The notes under the pieces were generated by a model. That model was not told the origin of the DNA and did no database searches. It saw only the letters and a program-made list of their open reading frames with translations. Shown here one piece after another: positions 55,779-64,000 of a stretch of DNA of 64,000 nucleotides. The translations under genes were made by a program, and so were the position numbers. Each line of letters starts with the position of its first letter. Positions within the stretch are counted from its first letter, which is position 1. Source of the DNA: Dehalococcoidia bacterium (GTDB lineage: Bacteria > Chloroflexota > Dehalococcoidia > SM23-28-2 > RBG-16-64-32); NCBI GenBank assembly GCA_034408935.1, contig DAOUMV010000025.1, forward strand, positions 99,593 through 163,592, read 5' to 3'.

Positions 55779-57518
55779 CTAGCGTCGGCCGAACTCCCGG
55801 GCCAGCGTCTCGGCGCTCATGTGGATCATGGTCGGGCGTCCGTGCGGGCAGGTGCTGGGCGCCTCTGAGTTCTCCATCTGGATGACGAGCTCTCGCATCT
55901 CCTCCTGGCTCAGCGTCTTGCCGGCGCGGATGGCGCTGTGGCAGGCCAGGGACATCGCTACGCTGTCACGGCGATCGCCTTCGCCCTCCTCCAGCATGAG
56001 GTCCAGGAACGACACGATCGCCTGGCGAGGGTCGGAGCCAGCGAGGGCCGTGGGCACGGCGCGCACGAGGTAGGACGCCTGGCCGAAGGGCTCGACGGCG
56101 AAGCCGTGGTCGCCCAACAGCTCCTCGTGTTCGGTGATCAGCGCCCGATGCGGGGGCGAGAGGTCCAGCGTCAGCGGCTCGAGCAGCGCCTGCACGTCCG
56201 GAGCGCTCTCCACGCGCTGGCGGCAGAAGCGCTCGTAGAGGACGCGCTCGTGGGCAGCGTGCTGATCGATGAGGTACATACCGTCGGGGCCTTCGGCGAT
56301 GATGTAGGTGCTGCCAAGCTGGCCGATGACACGCAGGGCGGGCAGGGCGGCGGCGGGCGTCGACGGGCCGGCCGCGGGGGATGGCTGCGTTGCCTCCGCT
56401 TCCGCCTGCCTGCGCTCCAACGCGCGGGCGTGCTCCCACAAGGGTGGCGACGAGGGCTGAACGGAGAGATCGAGCGTCGCTGAGGGGGCAACCGTGGCCG
56501 CGGGCACTGGCGCGGACTCCAGCAGGGCTGCCCTCACCGCGCGCTGGACTGCCCCGAACACGGCCGACTCGTCCCGGAAGCGGACCTCTCGCTTCGTCGG
56601 ATGGACATTGACGTCCACCTCCTCGTGGGGCATCCGCAGGTGGAGGACGGCGATGGGATAGCGCCCGACCATCAGCATCCCCCGATACGCCTCCTCCACT
56701 GCGTAGGCGAGGCGCCGACTCTGGATCCAGCGCCCGTTGACGAACAGGCTCACGTAGCCCCGGCTGGCGCGGCTCACGTGGGGCGAGGAGGACAGCCCTT
56801 CGACGGAGCTCAGGACAGGCCCTTCCACGGTCACAGCGCCTTCGCCTGGCCGGACGGGGAGCATCGCCGCGGCCACATCCGCGCCATAGACGGCGGCGAT
56901 GGCGTCCCGCAGTTCGCCGCTGCCGCTGGTCAGCAGTACCTGCCGACCGTCGAGGGTTAGGGAGAAGCGCACGGCCGGGTAAGCCAGGGCGTAGTGGCTG
57001 ACCACGGAGGCGATCTGGTTGGCCTCGGTGGAGGGAGAGCGCAGGAACTTGCGGCGCGCTGGCTGGCGGGCGAAGAGGTTGCGCACGGCGACGCTGGTGC
57101 CCACAGGGGCGCCCCGGCTCCCTCGCTCCACCGCGGCGCCGCCGTCGAGTCGGATGAACGCGGCGGACTGAGCGTCGGGCGGCCGCGACACCATCTCCAC
57201 CTCGGCCACGGCGGCGATGGCGGGGAGGGCCTCGCCGCGGAAGCCGAGGCTGGTGATGCGCAGCAGGTCGTCATCCGTCAGCTTGCTGGTGGCGTGACGG
57301 GCGAAGGCGATCTCCAGTTCCTCGGGGGCCAAGCCGCATCCATCGTCCACCACGCGGATGGTGTCCGTACCACCACCGGCGATCTCCACCGAGATGACGC
57401 CGGCGCCGGCGTCGAGGGCGTTCTCCACCAGCTCCTTGACCACGGAGGCGGGCCGCTCCACCACCTCGCCAGCGGCGATCCTGGCGGCGACATCAGGGGA
57501 GAGAACGCGGATGGTCAA
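55779..57518 (-). CDS. mutL: DNA mismatch repair protein MutL
   Basis: GHKL ATPase motifs ELVENALDAG, DDGCG. TTG start with an AGGAGC RBS and a TACAAT -10. Its linker contains a degenerate mini-element copy (56794-56822, encoding GPVLSSVEGLSS). Confidence 0.9.
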   Translation of the reverse strand: MTIRVLSPDVAARIAAGEVVERPASVVKELVENALDAGAGVISVEIAGGGTDTIRVVDDGCGLAPEELEIAFARHATSKLTDDDLLRITSLGFRGEALPAIAAVAEVEMVSRPPDAQSAAFIRLDGGAAVERGSRGAPVGTSVAVRNLFARQPARRKFLRSPSTEANQIASVVSHYALAYPAVRFSLTLDGRQVLLTSGSGELRDAIAAVYGADVAAAMLPVRPGEGAVTVEGPVLSSVEGLSSSPHVSRASRGYVSLFVNGRWIQSRRLAYAVEEAYRGMLMVGRYPIAVLHLRMPHEEVDVNVHPTKREVRFRDESAVFGAVQRAVRAALLESAPVPAATVAPSATLDLSVQPSSPPLWEHARALERRQAEAEATQPSPAAGPSTPAAALPALRVIGQLGSTYIIAEGPDGMYLIDQHAAHERVLYERFCRQRVESAPDVQALLEPLTLDLSPPHRALITEHEELLGDHGFAVEPFGQASYLVRAVPTALAGSDPRQAIVSFLDLMLEEGEGDRRDSVAMSLACHSAIRAGKTLSQEEMRELVIQMENSEAPSTCPHGRPTMIHMSAETLAREFGRR

Positions 57519-57566
57519 CGGGGGCTCCTGGGCGCGATTGTAGCGCAGACGTTCAGGGAGGGGAAC
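57452..57566. repeat. Direct repeat copy A: the mutL 5' coding end plus its RBS and -10 region
   Basis: Near-identical (a few mismatches) to 58790-58904. The two copies bracket the plus-strand lipoprotein gene. Confidence 0.7.
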
Positions 57567-57695
57567 CTTGCGGTGACGACAATGGTGGAAGCCGAGACTT
57601 CTTCCGGGCCTCGCAGGCCCCTCAGGAGATTGACAGTCCGATCCTTTGGATGTGAAGCTTGGGGGTGATATCCGCCGCGTCGAGAGGGGAACCCT

Positions 57696-58700
57696 ATGAG
57701 TAGTAGACTATTTGCGCTTGCCATCTCCGTCGTCATCATTGTGGTTGTCCCAGTCGCCTGTACGGGTGAAACCGAGAGTCCAACTCCCGCCGCAACACCC
57801 GTCGCGACGCTGACGCCAGCGCCACCCGCCGATGGTGGCGCCACACCCACTCCAACCGCCGTCCCAGACCCCCTTGCTCGCACGGGTTCTTTCGTCGTAG
57901 ATCCGGGTGTGAGAGCCCAGGGCGTTGTGCCCCTGGCCTGGCCCCTGCCGGATGGGAGCGTGCGACTCTACTACTGCGGCGGGGGAGGCCCCCCCGGCAT
58001 CGTCAGCGCCCTAAGCCAGGATGGTCTGAGCTTCACCCCGGAGGAAGGCAGTCGGGTAGCGCCGGTCGACCAGATGGTATGTGATCCCTCCATCGTTGAG
58101 GCCGGAGACGGGCTGAGGATGTATTTCAAGGAGCAGGTGCCGCGGGACCCCGAGGAGCCACCGATCCAAAGAGTCTGGAGCGCCACCTCCAGCGACGGCT
58201 TGAACTGGCAGGTGGAGGGACAGCGGCTGGCCCTGGAAGAGGAGTGCTCGGACTTTGTGGGCGTACCCAGCGCAGTGGCACTACCCGACGGCCGGGTGCG
58301 TCTCTACTTTGTCTGCAACGCGATCAACAGTGCTATGGCCAGCGCTATCTCCGACGATGGCCTCAACTTTGAATTTGAGGGCATCCTTCTGAAGAAGGCC
58401 GTAGACCCGGACGTGCACCTGCTTCCAGACGGCACCTATCGGCTGTTCTACATCCTCTGGGAGGAAAGCGGCACCGAGCCCGTGCATCCCACCACCATTG
58501 GCACCGCGACTTCCAAAGACGGGCTGAACTGGGATGTTGAGGGCGTGGTAGCTGATGCGGATGACTTCGGCTTCGAGGGGCTGGTAGACCCCAGCGCTCT
58601 GCCACTAGGGGACGGCAGCTACCGCATTTACGCATGGGATGGGTCGGACGGGGATAATCAAAGAATTGGTTCCGCTGTCTGGCATCCGCCATCTAGATGA
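57696..58700 (+). CDS. Lipoprotein with a beta-propeller glycoside-hydrolase/BNR-like repeat domain; moderately lower GC
   Basis: Signal peptide with a lipobox (VVPVAC), a T/P-rich linker, then repeated DG(S/T)(V/Y)RLY(F/Y) blade motifs (DGSVRLYY, DGLRMYF, DGRVRLYF, DGTYRLFY, DGSYRIY). A hairpin GAGGCTT...AAGCCTC follows immediately after the stop. Confidence 0.65.
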   Translation: MSSRLFALAISVVIIVVVPVACTGETESPTPAATPVATLTPAPPADGGATPTPTAVPDPLARTGSFVVDPGVRAQGVVPLAWPLPDGSVRLYYCGGGGPPGIVSALSQDGLSFTPEEGSRVAPVDQMVCDPSIVEAGDGLRMYFKEQVPRDPEEPPIQRVWSATSSDGLNWQVEGQRLALEEECSDFVGVPSAVALPDGRVRLYFVCNAINSAMASAISDDGLNFEFEGILLKKAVDPDVHLLPDGTYRLFYILWEESGTEPVHPTTIGTATSKDGLNWDVEGVVADADDFGFEGLVDPSALPLGDGSYRIYAWDGSDGDNQRIGSAVWHPPSR

Positions 58701-58789
58701 GGCTTGGGTCCCGGACAAGAAGCCTCGCCGCGCCAGGATAGCAGGGACTGCTGAATTATCCCGTCGCGTCTATGGCTGGCTCTCCCGCG

Positions 58790-58904
58790 CCCGCTCCGCC
58801 AGCTCGCCAGCGGCGATCCTGGCGGCGACATCTGGGGGGAGAACGCGGATGGTCAAAGGGGGCTCCTGGGCGCGATTGTAGCGCACCCGTTGCGGCCGGG
58901 GAAC
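58790..58904. repeat. Direct repeat copy B of the mutL 5' end and promoter; it contains a 28-codon mutL-start pseudo-ORF (58798-58884, minus strand)
   Basis: The reverse complement reads TTGACC ATG ACC ATC CGC GTT CTC CCC CCA GAT GTC GCC GCC AGG ATC GCC GCT GGC GAG ..., that is MTIRVLPPDVAARIAAGE, then diverges to a stop. Confidence 0.7.
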
Positions 58905-58997
58905 AACGCCCAACGCCGTGGTGTTAGGCTTGCCGCCACCTCATCTCGTACAACCGCACCGGCTCGTCGAAACCCATCAGCGCCGTCTCCCCTCCAC

Positions 58998-59837
58998 CTA
59001 GTCCCAGAAATCAAGCATCGTGCGAATCGTCTTCTCGAACTCCTCGTCCGACGCCTTCTTATGCAGCCCAACGATCAACTCAGCGTCCTGACCGACAAGG
59101 TACCGGCGCTTCGGGTGCCCAGCCTTCGCTGCGTCGGCTATTGTGTTGGCAACTATCTGTGCATCGGCTCGCTGCCCACCACCAGGAAGCTTCTCGTAGG
59201 CCACGGAGAAGCGACGATCCAGTTCAAGGTAGGCGGACTCCTCCGTGAAGCGCCGCGCTGGCCGCACGTTGGCTTCAGTCCCCGTTTCGAACCTGCCCGG
59301 CTCAACGAGCACGACACGGATACCGAATGGATGTAGCTCGTAGTACAGCGCGTCGCTCAGGGCCTCGACCGCATGCTTGCTGGCGGCGTAGATACCGGAG
59401 AAGGGTGCTGTTACCTTGCCAGCCACCGAGCCGACATTGACGATCGTGCCGCTGCCCTGCGATCGCATATGTGACAGCACAGCCCGCGTCACGCGGATGA
59501 CGCCGAAGACATTAGTCTCGAAGATCGCTAAGACCTCATCGTCGTCGAAATCCTCGACAGGGCCAGGGTTGCCAATACCGGCATTGTTCACGAGGATGTC
59601 GATACGCCCTTCCCGCTTGATAACCTCCTCAATCGCAGCGTCGACTGACTTCCTGTCATCCACGTCAAGCTGGAGCACCTCGATTGACACGCCCGCTCCC
59701 GCCGCTTCTGTCCTCAGTCGGTCGGCCTTGCCAGTGTTGCGCATGGTGGCGTAGACGGTGTCGCCGCGGCGGGCGAACTCCACCGCGCTGAGCATCCCGA
59801 ACCCGGAACTGCAGCCGGTGATCACTACGACGGCCAT
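58998..59837 (-). CDS. Short-chain dehydrogenase/reductase (classical SDR)
   Basis: VVITGCSSGFG, NNAG, the catalytic triad spacing S ... YAASKHAVEAL. GC is about 57%. Confidence 0.85.
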   Translation of the reverse strand: MAVVVITGCSSGFGMLSAVEFARRGDTVYATMRNTGKADRLRTEAAGAGVSIEVLQLDVDDRKSVDAAIEEVIKREGRIDILVNNAGIGNPGPVEDFDDDEVLAIFETNVFGVIRVTRAVLSHMRSQGSGTIVNVGSVAGKVTAPFSGIYAASKHAVEALSDALYYELHPFGIRVVLVEPGRFETGTEANVRPARRFTEESAYLELDRRFSVAYEKLPGGGQRADAQIVANTIADAAKAGHPKRRYLVGQDAELIVGLHKKASDEEFEKTIRTMLDFWD

Positions 59838-59845
59838 GTCATCCT

Positions 59846-59998
59846 CCTACTCACTCCAGATCACCTCGTACACTTCAACCGCCTCGTCCAGCCCCTTCAA
59901 TGCTGTCCTGCCCCTGCTGGAGAACCTGAACTGCTTGCCTGCGACAAGCTGCCGTACGACATCGGAGGCAAGTATCTCTCCACCGCGGGCCTGGGCGG
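59846..59998 (-). pseudogene. 50-codon ORF that is a remnant of an SDR paralog 3' end. A second, shorter remnant lies downstream of the intact SDR at 58934-58990.
   Basis: It ends ...ALKGLDEAVEVYEVIWSE. The fragment at 58934-58990 ends ...ALMGFDEPVRLYEMRWRQA. The intact SDR ends ...ASDEEFEKTIRTMLDFWD. The nucleotide similarity between 59855-59905 and 58937-58990 is about 70%. Confidence 0.4.
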
Positions 59999-60039
59999 CC
60001 ATATTCTACGCTATCGGCAGTGTTTGTGGGAAAAGAAGG

Positions 60040-62616
60040 CTACACGCTGCTCGCTCGCGCGCGCTCGACCAGTTCGTAGAGCCGGGTGATCGCCTGGAGG
60101 GGCGTCAGCGAATCGACGTCGATCTCCGCCAGCTCGCGGAGGAGGGCGCTGTTGGCGGCGAACAGGGACAGTTGGGGCGACTCCTCGCGGCGAGGACGGG
60201 CCGACCGAGATGGCTCCGTTCGAGATGCCTCCAATTCCTCCAGCAGCTCCTGAGCTCGCAGGGTCACGGGCTTAGGAAGGCCGGCAAGTTGAGCGACGTG
60301 TACGCCGTAGGAGCGGTCGGCACCGCCGGGGAGGATGCGATGAAGAAAGATGACTTCGCCGCCCTGCTCCGACACGGCCACGTTGTAGTTGCGGACGCGG
60401 GGGAGGACGGACGCCAGCTCCACCAGCTCGTGGTAGTGGGTGGCGAACAGCGTCTTCGCCGCCAGCTCGGGCCGGTTGTGGAGGAACTCCACCACGGCGC
60501 GGGCGATGGCCATGCCGTCGTAGGTGCTGGTACCGCGGCCGATCTCGTCGAACAGGATGAGGGAGCGAGGACTGGCGCTGTGCAGGATGGCGGCCGTCTC
60601 CAGCATCTCCACCATGAACGTCGAGTGTCCGGCGGCGATCTCGTCCGTGGCGCCCACGCGGCTGAAGATGCGGTCGACGATGCCGATGCTGGCCCCGGCG
60701 GCAGGTACGAAGGAGCCGATCTGAGCCAGGAGGACGATCAAGGCGACCTGGCGCAGGTAGGTCGATTTGCCAGCCATGTTGGGGCCGGTGAGGACGATGA
60801 CCTGGGCATCGCTGCTGGCCATGTCGGTGTCGTTGGGGACGAAGGCCTCCACGGAAAGGGTGCGCTCAACCACCGGGTGCCGGCCGTCGCGGATGTCGAT
60901 GCCGTCGCTGTCGTCCACTGTGGGGCGGACGTAGCGACCGCGGATGGCGGCCTCGGCCAGCCCGCAGAGAACGTCCACCAGGGCCACGGCCGCGGCAGTG
61001 TCACGGATGCGTTCGCCGCCAGCGGCGACCTGAGCGCAGACCTGGCGAAACAGCGTCTCCTCTAGCTCCTCCTGCCGCTCCTTTGCGTGGAGGATGCGGA
61101 ACTCGTAGTCCTGGAGCTCGGCGGTGGTGAACCGCTCGCCGCCGACCAGGGTCTGCCGCCGCTGGTAGTCGGCTGGGATGGCCTTGAGGTTCGCCTTCGA
61201 CACCTCTATGTAGTAGCCGAAGACCTTGTTGTAGCCCACCTTCAGCGTCTTGATGCCGGTGCGCTCCCGCTCCCGCCGCTCCAGGTCGACCAGGAACTGG
61301 CGGGCGTCGCGGGCGGTGGACCGGAGCGCGTCCAGCTCCTCGGAGAAGCCGGGCCGGATGATGACGTCGGTGGCCGGCTCGTCGGCGATGGCGCGGGCGA
61401 TGATTTCGGCCGAGTCGCGGCAGGGTTGGAGACCGGCGATCAGCTCCTCGTGGGCGCGGCGTTTCCCCTCTGCCGATACGAGATCGTCGTCCAGAGCCTT
61501 CCGGAGATCCGGGACGAGCTCCAGGCCACGGCGCAGGGCCACGAGATCACGGGGCGTCGCCGAGCCCGCCCCCACGCGGCTGACGATACGCTCCAGGTCC
61601 GGCATCTTGGACAGGATGGAGGACACGCGGCCGCGACGGATGGCGGAGTCGAAGAAGAGCTGGACGCCGTCCTGACGGCGGCCGATCTCCCCCACGTTTA
61701 GGAGCGGCTGACCCAACCAGCGTCGTAGCAGGCGGGCGCCCATGGCGGTGCGGGTGTGGTCGATGACGGCGAGAAGCGAGGAGTCGGGCGCGTCGGGCCG
61801 CAGGGAGGCGAACAGCTCCAGGTTGCGGCGGGTGATGGCATCCAGGCCCATGAACCCATCGCTGCGGTAGTAGGAGATGCGGCCGATCTGGGAGAGGAGG
61901 GCCCGTTGGTTCTCCTGGAGATAAGCGATGACGGCGCCCGCCGCCACCGCAGCAGGGGTCAGGCCAGCCAGGCCCAGCCCCTCTAGAGACGGCGCCTTGA
62001 AGTGCTCCAGCAGGCGCTCGGTGGCAGTGGCCTCGTCGAAGGCTGGGCCAGGCAGGGGCGTGAGCGTAGCCTTGAGTGCGGCCGGAGGCGAAGTTCCCTG
62101 GGGCAGCAGCAGCTCGGCGGGGCCCAGTCGATCCAGCTCGGCGGCCGTGGCCTCGGCAGCTAGCTGCGTGCAGGCGAACTCCCCCGTCGATACGTCCACG
62201 TAGGCGAGCCCCATCTGCCCGTCCCCGACGGCGAGTGCGGCCAGGTAGTTGTTCGTCCCCCGCTGTAGCAGGTTATCCTCCACCAGCGTGCCGGGGGTGA
62301 CGACGCGCACCACCTGTCGCTCCACGAGTTGCTTCCCCTTACCCGGCTCCTCCATCTGCTCGCAAACGGCGACCTTGTACCCCTTAGCGATAAGTTTAGC
62401 CAGGTACGAATCGAGAGCGTGATGGGGAATGCCTGCCAGGGGCACCCGCTGGTCCTTCCCCACGGGGCGCGAGGTGAGGACGATGTCCAGCTCGCGGGCG
62501 ATGATCTCAGCGTCCTGGTCGAACGTCTCATAGAAGTCGCCTAGGCGGAAGAAGAGGATAGCGTGCGGGTAGCGACGCTTGACGTCGAGGTACTGCCGCC
62601 TGAGGGGCGTTGTCAC
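60040..62616 (-). CDS. mutS: DNA mismatch repair protein MutS
   Basis: N-terminal mismatch-binding TPLRRQYLDVKRRYPHAILFFRLGDFYETF, Walker A GPNMAGKST, and a C-terminal HTH. GTG start at 62616 with a GGGAGGAAG RBS. The 5' extension to 62742 contains a hairpin and lacks an RBS. Confidence 0.9.
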   Translation of the reverse strand: MTTPLRRQYLDVKRRYPHAILFFRLGDFYETFDQDAEIIARELDIVLTSRPVGKDQRVPLAGIPHHALDSYLAKLIAKGYKVAVCEQMEEPGKGKQLVERQVVRVVTPGTLVEDNLLQRGTNNYLAALAVGDGQMGLAYVDVSTGEFACTQLAAEATAAELDRLGPAELLLPQGTSPPAALKATLTPLPGPAFDEATATERLLEHFKAPSLEGLGLAGLTPAAVAAGAVIAYLQENQRALLSQIGRISYYRSDGFMGLDAITRRNLELFASLRPDAPDSSLLAVIDHTRTAMGARLLRRWLGQPLLNVGEIGRRQDGVQLFFDSAIRRGRVSSILSKMPDLERIVSRVGAGSATPRDLVALRRGLELVPDLRKALDDDLVSAEGKRRAHEELIAGLQPCRDSAEIIARAIADEPATDVIIRPGFSEELDALRSTARDARQFLVDLERRERERTGIKTLKVGYNKVFGYYIEVSKANLKAIPADYQRRQTLVGGERFTTAELQDYEFRILHAKERQEELEETLFRQVCAQVAAGGERIRDTAAAVALVDVLCGLAEAAIRGRYVRPTVDDSDGIDIRDGRHPVVERTLSVEAFVPNDTDMASSDAQVIVLTGPNMAGKSTYLRQVALIVLLAQIGSFVPAAGASIGIVDRIFSRVGATDEIAAGHSTFMVEMLETAAILHSASPRSLILFDEIGRGTSTYDGMAIARAVVEFLHNRPELAAKTLFATHYHELVELASVLPRVRNYNVAVSEQGGEVIFLHRILPGGADRSYGVHVAQLAGLPKPVTLRAQELLEELEASRTEPSRSARPRREESPQLSLFAANSALLRELAEIDVDSLTPLQAITRLYELVERARASSV

Positions 62617-63040
62617 CGGCGGGGGCTTCCTCCCAAGGCCTGTCTGGTGCCTGCCTCTGGCGGGGCAGGCACAGCTTCGGCGCGGGCTGTCGAGGGGTAT
62701 TATAGCGCGGCGGGGGATGAACAACGACCCTGCCTCAACCACAGGGCGGGCCGGCAGGTGTCAGCATCGGCTGTGAACGGGATAACGATGGCAGCGGGCC
62801 AAGATAAGAGCGAGCCGGTTTCCCGACCTGGCAACCGGCTCGCTCTCTATGCGGGGCGGGAGGGGGTGTAAACCGCTCCGCTGAATTTCACCCTCAGGGT
62901 AACCACAGCGGATAGTGGGTGGGTTAAAGGACGGTTGACCGACGGTAGAAACTTGGTGAGAACGCGCTGCCCTTGCAAACGGGGCAATCTTCCATTATGC
63001 TTGTGCACGCCAACAGAACCGATGGGAGAGGGGACCCACC

Positions 63041-63631
63041 ATGGCCCAAACAGACATCGTCAAGCGAACGTATCCTAGGCAGACTACGGTTCACGGGTTG
63101 GAGCTGACGCTGCGCCTGATGGAGCCCTCCGACCGGGACGAGATCCTTGCCTTCGCCCGATCCCTGCCGGATCACGATCTCCTGTTCCTGCGCATCGACA
63201 TCACCGATCCCAAGGAGGTCGATAAGTGGGTGGAGAACATGAAGAAGGGTCGCACCGTCACCATCCTCGCTGAGAGCGAAGGTAAGCTGGTCGGCTGGGC
63301 CAACCTCCACCGCGATGAGGTCTCGTGGCAACGCCACGTGGGAGAGATCCGCGTCCTGTTGAAGCCCGAGCTTCGGGGCTTCGGGCTAGGGAAGATCATG
63401 GCCGACGAGGTGTTCAGCATCGCCAAGGACCTGGGCCTCCAGAAGATGATGGTGCGGATGACCACGGACCAGCGCGGCGCCAGGGGGATGGTGGAGGCCC
63501 TTGGGTTCCGGCCGGAGGCTCTACTGGCAGACTTCGTGATGGACCGTCAGGGCCAGACTCACGATCTGCTGATCATGTCCTACGACGTCACGGGCTTCAG
63601 CGACACGGCCGAGACGCGCCCCCGCCGCTAG
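63041..63631 (+). CDS. GNAT-family N-acetyltransferase
   Basis: Motif A VLLKPELRGFGLGKIM. Confidence 0.8.
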   Translation: MAQTDIVKRTYPRQTTVHGLELTLRLMEPSDRDEILAFARSLPDHDLLFLRIDITDPKEVDKWVENMKKGRTVTILAESEGKLVGWANLHRDEVSWQRHVGEIRVLLKPELRGFGLGKIMADEVFSIAKDLGLQKMMVRMTTDQRGARGMVEALGFRPEALLADFVMDRQGQTHDLLIMSYDVTGFSDTAETRPRR

Positions 63632-64000
63632 CCAGCGTCAGCCGCCAGGGGCTGACCCGTACCCGCGGCCGCTCGCCTCAGCGGTCGTTCTTCCGGTTCC
63701 GCCGCGATCACAGGGAGCTCGCTGGGTGCCACCCCAGCCGCCGTCCTCAACTCCACGTAAGCTTCGGTGAGGAAATCCCCAAGGCGGTCAACGTCTGGGG
63801 CCGCCTGGGCATCGGCCACCAGGGCGAAGTAGAGCTTCTGGTTGTAGCTGGTCACGGCGCAGCCCACACCCATCTCCCAGGCGATGGGCACCAGCGGATA
63901 GTGGGCCTCCAGACGGTGGCCCACTGAGTAGAGAGGAATCATCGGGCCGGGAACGTTGGTACACACCATGTTGGCCACGGTGTTGGGCGGCTTGGGCAGC
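63628..64000 (-). CDS. Wax ester synthase/diacylglycerol acyltransferase (WS/DGAT) family protein, C-terminal part; the 5' end is outside the window
   Basis: TNVPGPMIPLYSVGHRLEAHYPLVPIAWEMGVGCAVTSYNQKLYFALVADAQAAPD matches the WS/DGAT C-terminal domain (DUF1298) pattern NVPGP ... LY ... G ... L ... YP. The reading frame continues past position 64000. Confidence 0.65.
   Translation of the reverse strand, partial: LPKPPNTVANMVCTNVPGPMIPLYSVGHRLEAHYPLVPIAWEMGVGCAVTSYNQKLYFALVADAQAAPDVDRLGDFLTEAYVELRTAAGVAPSELPVIAAEPEERPLRRAAAGTGQPLAADAG

Noticed and set aside
59758-61701. Plus-strand 435-aa and 204-aa ORFs across mutS
   Set aside because: Antisense to mutS; Gly/Ala/Asp-rich.

Overview
High-GC (about 65-70%) bacterial chromosomal segment. 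Most of it is housekeeping genes. These include thrS, a tRNA Val-Lys-Leu cluster, oppDF, lepA, galU, ksgA, ispE, a dinG-exonuclease fusion, cca, rnc, smc, ftsY, a nuoEF-like pair and mutS/mutL, plus a long Bacillus-type SRP RNA. The TIGR03663-like membrane proteins, leaderless-looking promoters and gene content weakly suggest a Chloroflexota-like organism; this is an inference. Embedded in this backbone are several accessory features: (a) an MmeI-family type IIL restriction-modification fusion enzyme; (b) several lower-GC, probably acquired genes (a tail-anchored hypothetical protein after smc, a LamG-lectin surface protein, a beta-propeller lipoprotein, an SDR); (c) at least four dispersed repeat families. 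The most notable repeat family is a ~33-bp palindromic mini-element (core CCCTTCGACAGGCTCAGGRC). One copy sits in-frame inside ftsY with a 9-bp target-site duplication and another inside the mutL linker. Two of the lower-GC genes are flanked by direct repeats of neighbouring gene ends. The mutL 5' end plus its promoter is duplicated around an inserted lipoprotein gene, and SDR 3' fragments flank an SDR gene. A cobalamin-independent methionine synthase appears as two half-size genes behind a DUF5320-like small ORF and a structured leader. No CRISPR array, integrase or transposase gene was seen. Every family call rests on motifs I recognised by eye and needs a database search to confirm.
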